A stretch of DNA of 45,771 bases from positions 1 through 45,771 of the IMG/VR virus record IMGVR_UViG_3300006114_000017. The stretch is one strand, 5' to 3'. The position numbers were made by a program, and so were the translations under genes. This document shows positions 42,413 to 45,771 of the stretch, one piece after another. The notes beneath the pieces are model-generated. The model worked only from the letters and a program-made list of their open reading frames with translations, was not told the DNA's origin and did not search any database. Position 1 is the first letter of the stretch. Each line of letters opens with the position of its first letter. Source of the stretch: a virus.

Positions 42413-42441
42413 ATATAAGAGGATTTTTTAAATTTTGTCAA
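42413..42441 (-). promoter_or_regulatory. Sigma70-like promoter on the minus strand: TTGACA -N17- TTATAT, then an AGGAA SD, driving the acidic-protein gene
   Basis: The -35 hexamer is the reverse complement of plus 42436-42441 and the -10 of plus 42413-42418. It lies in an AT-rich 72-nt intergenic gap. Confidence 0.35.
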
Positions 42442-42467
42442 TAGATTTTAAGATAAAACTTTAAAAT

Positions 42468-43583
42468 TTATTCGCCAGAGTAGCTATCATCAGCGTGAAC
42501 AGCTCTATTTATAGCTGTTGAAGGACTGTAAAGGTGAGAAACACCCTCTCCACCTCTCGCACGATGACGTACTCTTGGTGCAACTACAGCTGCATGGTTG
42601 TCTTCGTCCTGTCTAAAGTTGACATGGTGGTTGATAATGGTCTGTTCAGCCTTCGTACCATACAAAACACGGTGGTGTGAACGTCTTCCGACCTTACCAA
42701 ACTCTCCAGCTTCCTTAGAAACGGGGAAACCAGCGAAATAAGCGGCTCTAATCTTGGGATCTTGAGTTCTTTTGGCTGCTTCTTCGTGGTGTTGCATGTC
42801 CCAAAGCTGGTTTGTGGGGTGAGTACTGTCATTTACAACGCAGTATGGGCAGAAACACTTAACAAAACGGGCAGTTTTACCCTGATCGATGACATTTTGC
42901 TCAACAGGATCGATAGCATCGTGCGTATTGCACATGTTATTGATGGTGTGGTTGAATGCGTGGTGCACTGCAAGGTCACCATGGGTGTGATCACTGACAG
43001 TTTTCATGGCATCTCGGTAGAACTTAGGGTCCTTGATGCCATTACGCTTACCCTCGTTGAATGCCATGATCGTTTCAATGTGCGATTGGCCCAAAGCTGA
43101 GAGTGGGTGGACCATCAAACGCTCACCAGTCTTTGCATTCACGTGTTCACCGGCACGGAAAGCACGATCATCCAGGTGGCCCTCTTCGCTGGGAGCAATC
43201 ATCATAGTAGGTTGATGGATACCCTGCTCGAGCTTGTAAGGCTTACCAGTGGTCTTGTTGCGAACAGCAACGGTCATGTAGTCACTTGCGGTTTTAACGT
43301 TGGCAAGCTGCGAGTGAGCGCGACTGTGATACCAGTCGCCCTTTTTGCTTTGCTTCAAGCCAAACAAACGCACTGCGTCAGGATTGGGCTCTTCGCCCTC
43401 ACCAAGGCTACCTATGTAGTGATTAGCGGCTTTCTCAGCAGCATGAGGCACATGATAGTACTCAGGGTCTTCCTTGTGGGTGGCGTAGCCAGTACCCTCT
43501 TGGAAGATAAGCGTCATAGCGTTGGCAGGTCCGCCAGTCTTGAATTGCTTATCGTGTTTTGCAGCTTCTCTGCTGTTGAACAT
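42468..43583 (-). CDS. Hypothetical His-rich protein (371 aa)
   Basis: ATG at 43581-43583. An AGGAG SD lies 8 nt upstream. Confidence 0.45.
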   Translation of the reverse strand: MFNSREAAKHDKQFKTGGPANAMTLIFQEGTGYATHKEDPEYYHVPHAAEKAANHYIGSLGEGEEPNPDAVRLFGLKQSKKGDWYHSRAHSQLANVKTASDYMTVAVRNKTTGKPYKLEQGIHQPTMMIAPSEEGHLDDRAFRAGEHVNAKTGERLMVHPLSALGQSHIETIMAFNEGKRNGIKDPKFYRDAMKTVSDHTHGDLAVHHAFNHTINNMCNTHDAIDPVEQNVIDQGKTARFVKCFCPYCVVNDSTHPTNQLWDMQHHEEAAKRTQDPKIRAAYFAGFPVSKEAGEFGKVGRRSHHRVLYGTKAEQTIINHHVNFRQDEDNHAAVVAPRVRHRARGGEGVSHLYSPSTAINRAVHADDSYSGE

Positions 43584-43689
43584 AAGTTGTACTCCTAGTT
43601 AAGTTAAAACAGGCACCGCGCGTCACCGGCCCTAGACCCGATTCCGAATTTTCTTTTACCCTTATGTTATAAGGGGTTTAGACTCTTAG

Positions 43690-44355
43690 TTAGCAACCAC
43701 CACGGCAAATCCATCCAGTACCGTATTCTTGACTTGGGTCCCAAACAATGTCTTGGGTGTTTCCACAGTTGTAGCAGTAGCGAGAATTGCCTGGGATGTG
43801 CCCATCCATAGGCTTATTTTCCCCCATTGAGTTATCGTTGGCGTAACGCTCAGCGAAAGAAGCACTCTTAGGCTTAAGTGGTGGCACATCGCGAACGTGC
43901 TTGTAGACTTGTGGGTCGTACTTAGTGTCTGGGTCTTGCATCATTTTCACTCTTGAATTAAGAGGAACGTTAGGATTTGTTACTTCTTTGCTAATGTTTG
44001 TCTGAGGAGCCTTGCTCTTTGTGCTTGTCTGCTCTGTGGGGAAATGCTTTTCCATAAGATCACTATAGTGTTCCACAAGGCTCTTTTGGTTAACGCCTGG
44101 TTGTGTGCGCTTCAGTACTTCTTGGTGCATCTCATTAATTTTGCCAACGCCTTGCTGGAACTTCCCAATGCTGTCCATAACGTCATTGTGGTTATTACGG
44201 ACTTCATCAACCATTCTTGCATTAGGGACGTTAGGCTTGTTCTTTTCGTATTCATCACGCGTTTGGTATCTATTCTCAGCGATTCTAATCGCCGCCATTT
44301 TTGCATTGCCAAGTGAGTTCTGGTAGCTCTTTGACCAGTCGTTGAATTGTGCCAT
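43690..44355 (-). CDS. Hypothetical protein (221 aa) with a C-terminal zinc ribbon (CYNCGNT...CRGGC). N-terminus MAQFNDWSKSYQNS. It is the first gene of the minus-strand unit.
   Basis: ORF track. Confidence 0.45.
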   Translation of the reverse strand: MAQFNDWSKSYQNSLGNAKMAAIRIAENRYQTRDEYEKNKPNVPNARMVDEVRNNHNDVMDSIGKFQQGVGKINEMHQEVLKRTQPGVNQKSLVEHYSDLMEKHFPTEQTSTKSKAPQTNISKEVTNPNVPLNSRVKMMQDPDTKYDPQVYKHVRDVPPLKPKSASFAERYANDNSMGENKPMDGHIPGNSRYCYNCGNTQDIVWDPSQEYGTGWICRGGC

Positions 44356-44908
44356 GGTGTAGCCCTTTGTAGATAGTAGAACGATTGCTATCCCCTATAC
44401 CAAGAACTATATGTATTTACATTATTCTCTCTTTTTTTCTATCTACTTTAGTGCACCTAGTATTTCATACGTGGCCAAGGCCTCCGGCATTTTTAATTCT
44501 TACCAGTACGATCTCAACGCCTGCTCTATCGAATACCCCATAGGGCTGCCCGCCATTTTTTAAAGGCGTTTCTATACGCTCCCATTGGGACCCCTATTGG
44601 CGAGCCTTACAGAGCCTTTTAGGCCCCTCTCAAGGCACTCCTCTAAAACCCTTTAGTTCTGGAAATGGCAAAACCTACCATCCTATTTCACGCCTTGGAT
44701 TGCGTGTTAGTTACACGCTAGCAAAAGATTATGAACTTCTTTGCGTCCTTGGGCACAATGTCCAAGTGAGGCTGAGAACTCATGGTCCTAGCAATCACCT
44801 GTATGTTGCTGAACTACAGCACCGTACAGCTGTGTGCGCAAACGTACTACTCAGTAGTGCGCGAACGTACGCAGCAACCCAACACCTATGCATTAGAAAG
44901 AGATTAAA
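44356..44908. promoter_or_regulatory. A 553-bp non-coding strand-switch region carrying short repeats and a dyad element
   Basis: No ORF of 60 aa or more. It separates minus-strand genes (ending at 44355) from plus-strand genes (starting at 44909). It contains CCCATAGGG / CCCATTGGG / CCCCTATTGG motifs and TGCGCAAACGTAC-TACTCAGTAG-TGCGCGAACGTAC. Confidence 0.4.
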
Positions 44909-45094
44909 ATGAAGCGTTTTCAGCTGATTTCCCTGCTCCTTGGTAGCTTTGCGTTCACGTTCGCAGTATCGTTCGTGAACACAATGATCTCGTGGTACAC
45001 ACCCATGGGGCAGGCACAGACCGTACTCACGGTCTCGTTGTCGTTCACCTTCGTGGTGTTCGTGGCTGCAGTCCTGTACACAGCCAAGAAGTAG
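44909..45094 (+). CDS. Small membrane protein with two predicted TM helices (61 aa)
   Basis: ATG at 44909 with a purine-rich AAGAGA upstream. Hydrophobic segments LISLLLGSFAFTFAVSFV and VLTVSLSFTFVVFVAAVLY. Confidence 0.4.
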   Translation: MKRFQLISLLLGSFAFTFAVSFVNTMISWYTPMGQAQTVLTVSLSFTFVVFVAAVLYTAKK

Positions 45095-45176
45095 TACGCA
45101 ATGCCGAAATCATCACGTCGGGAGATGTTGTGGTCGTCGTAGGGTGATGCCTACGGCCTGATGATGGCAGTCAGCT

Positions 45177-45224
45177 AACTAAACCAGTCCTGAGGAGGAC
45201 ACTATGAAGGAAGTAACAACGATC
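45177..45224 (+). repeat. Copy 1 of an exact 48-bp direct repeat: AACTAAACCAGTCCTGAGGAGGACACT + ATG + AAGGAAGTAACAACGATC. It covers the SD and the first 7 codons.
   Basis: Read directly from the sequence. The second copy is at 45625..45672. Confidence 0.8.
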
Positions 45225-45572
45225 GACGCTGCTAAGGCTTTGGTTGAGCACTACGCTGCTGCGGCTGAGCTCATGACTGCTGAGGCTAAGGCTGAGTACG
45301 AGGCTGCTTTGGCTGCGTACGAGGCTGTTGAGGCTAAGTACGAGGCTAAGCAGGACGCTGCTTGGGCTAAGCGTGACGCTGCTAAGGCTGAGTACTACGC
45401 TGCTCAGGCTGAGTTCAAGGCTGCCGAGGCTGAGTTCGACGATGCTTGGGCTGAGTACCACGCTGCTTTGGCTAAGTACGACGCTGCTTTGTCTAAGCCT
45501 GAGGTCAAGGCTGCTTGGGCTAAGTTCTACGCTGCTATGGCTGAGCTCAACGCTGCTCAGGCTGAGCAGTAA
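45204..45572 (+). CDS. Ala-rich acidic repeat protein (122 aa) with heptad spacing of aromatic residues
   Basis: Strong GAGGAGG SD 7 nt upstream. Extreme codon bias (Ala=GCT, Glu=GAG, Lys=AAG, Tyr=TAC). Repeats of the form AEYEAAL/AAYEAVE/AKYEAKQ. The antisense ORFs listed here are shadows. Confidence 0.55.
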   Translation: MKEVTTIDAAKALVEHYAAAAELMTAEAKAEYEAALAAYEAVEAKYEAKQDAAWAKRDAAKAEYYAAQAEFKAAEAEFDDAWAEYHAALAKYDAALSKPEVKAAWAKFYAAMAELNAAQAEQ

Positions 45573-45624
45573 CAGCTCGGTTCACAAGGGGTATGAGCTC
45601 CACCCCACCCAACGGGCTCAACCC

Positions 45625-45672
45625 AACTAAACCAGTCCTGAGGAGGACACTATGAAGGAAGTAACAACGATC
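45625..45672 (+). repeat. Copy 2 of the 48-bp direct repeat
   Basis: Read directly from the sequence. Confidence 0.8.
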
Positions 45673-45771
45673 AGCGGTTCCGTCTACCTCATCAATGAAG
45701 ATGAGCAGATGTGGTGCCGGAAGTCAACTGCCCCTGTGCGCAAGTACGATAACGGGGAGTACGTCGACACC
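45652..45771 (+). CDS. Hypothetical protein, N-terminal fragment (MKEVTTISGSVYLINEDEQMWCRK...). Continues beyond the window end.
   Basis: Same SD and first 7 codons as the previous gene. Open to the window end. Confidence 0.45.
   Translation, partial: MKEVTTISGSVYLINEDEQMWCRKSTAPVRKYDNGEYVDT

Noticed and set aside
45171-45630. Minus ORF 45171..45461 (LSLSS repeats) and plus ORF 45328..45630 (LLRLS repeats)
   Set aside because: They are alternative-frame and antisense readings of the GCT/GAG/AAG-repeat Ala-rich gene. The Ala-rich frame has the strong SD and the codon bias.
45177-45672. Idea that the 48-bp repeat is a phage single-subunit RNA polymerase promoter, by analogy with T7 23-bp promoters
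   Set aside because: There are only two copies in 45.8 kb, both in the plus-strand block, and none upstream of any of the roughly 60 minus-strand genes. No RNAP gene was seen in the window. It is kept as a finding about a shared leader, not as a genome-wide promoter.
1-45771. Archaeal-virus or eukaryotic-virus origin suggested by the abundance of zinc-ribbon proteins
   Set aside because: tRNA-Tyr and tRNA-Ser have bacterial-type long variable arms. Genes have clear Shine-Dalgarno sequences and sigma70-like promoters. The sugar pathway is the Gram-negative ADP-L,D-heptose type.

Overview
This 45.8 kb window is a contiguous segment of a large tailed dsDNA bacteriophage (Caudoviricetes) genome. 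It is not bacterial chromosome. About 60 tightly packed genes run on the minus strand from about 44.35 kb down to base 1, many with ATGA or TAATG start/stop overlaps. A roughly 550 bp non-coding strand-switch region sits at 44.36-44.91 kb, followed by plus-strand, GC-rich genes to the window end.

Recognisable modules, low to high coordinate:
- A virion and morphogenesis block (1-25.1 kb): a partial tail-fibre gene with tandem repeats, a putative HK97-fold major capsid protein, a scaffold-like protein, a 794-aa portal, a 1054-aa Thr/Ser-rich structural protein, and two tandem ~800-aa Cys/His-rich proteins.
- Four minus-strand tRNAs at 25.2-25.6 kb: Tyr-GTA, Gln-TTG, Ser-GCT and Asn-GTT.
- A lower-GC auxiliary island bracketed by tRNAs (25.6-31.8 kb). 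It encodes what looks like a self-sufficient ADP-L-glycero-beta-D-manno-heptose pathway: a split transketolase, a PMI-type cupin, an HldA-like kinase, a HAD phosphatase, an HldC-like adenylyltransferase and an HldD epimerase. It also carries a methyltransferase, a Zn-dependent alcohol dehydrogenase and a GT9 heptosyltransferase-like enzyme.
- A tRNA-Asp, then a lysis-like cassette: a holin-like membrane protein and a permuted NlpC/P60 peptidase.
- A region of small or unusual proteins: a metallophosphoesterase, a Dps/ferritin-like protein, a GNAT domain fused to a Pro/Thr-rich tail, a papain-like cysteine protease, an HNH-like His-rich protein, very acidic proteins, and many CxxC zinc-ribbon proteins.

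Bacterial-type tRNA-Tyr with a long variable arm and clear Shine-Dalgarno sites indicate a bacterial host. The ADP-L,D-heptose chemistry points to a Gram-negative one. No rRNA, CRISPR array, integrase or transposase was seen. All coordinates I derived by hand (tRNAs, repeats, hairpins, adjusted starts) may be off by 1-2 nt. The ORF finder accepts TTG/GTG starts, so I moved some starts to the nearest in-frame ATG.
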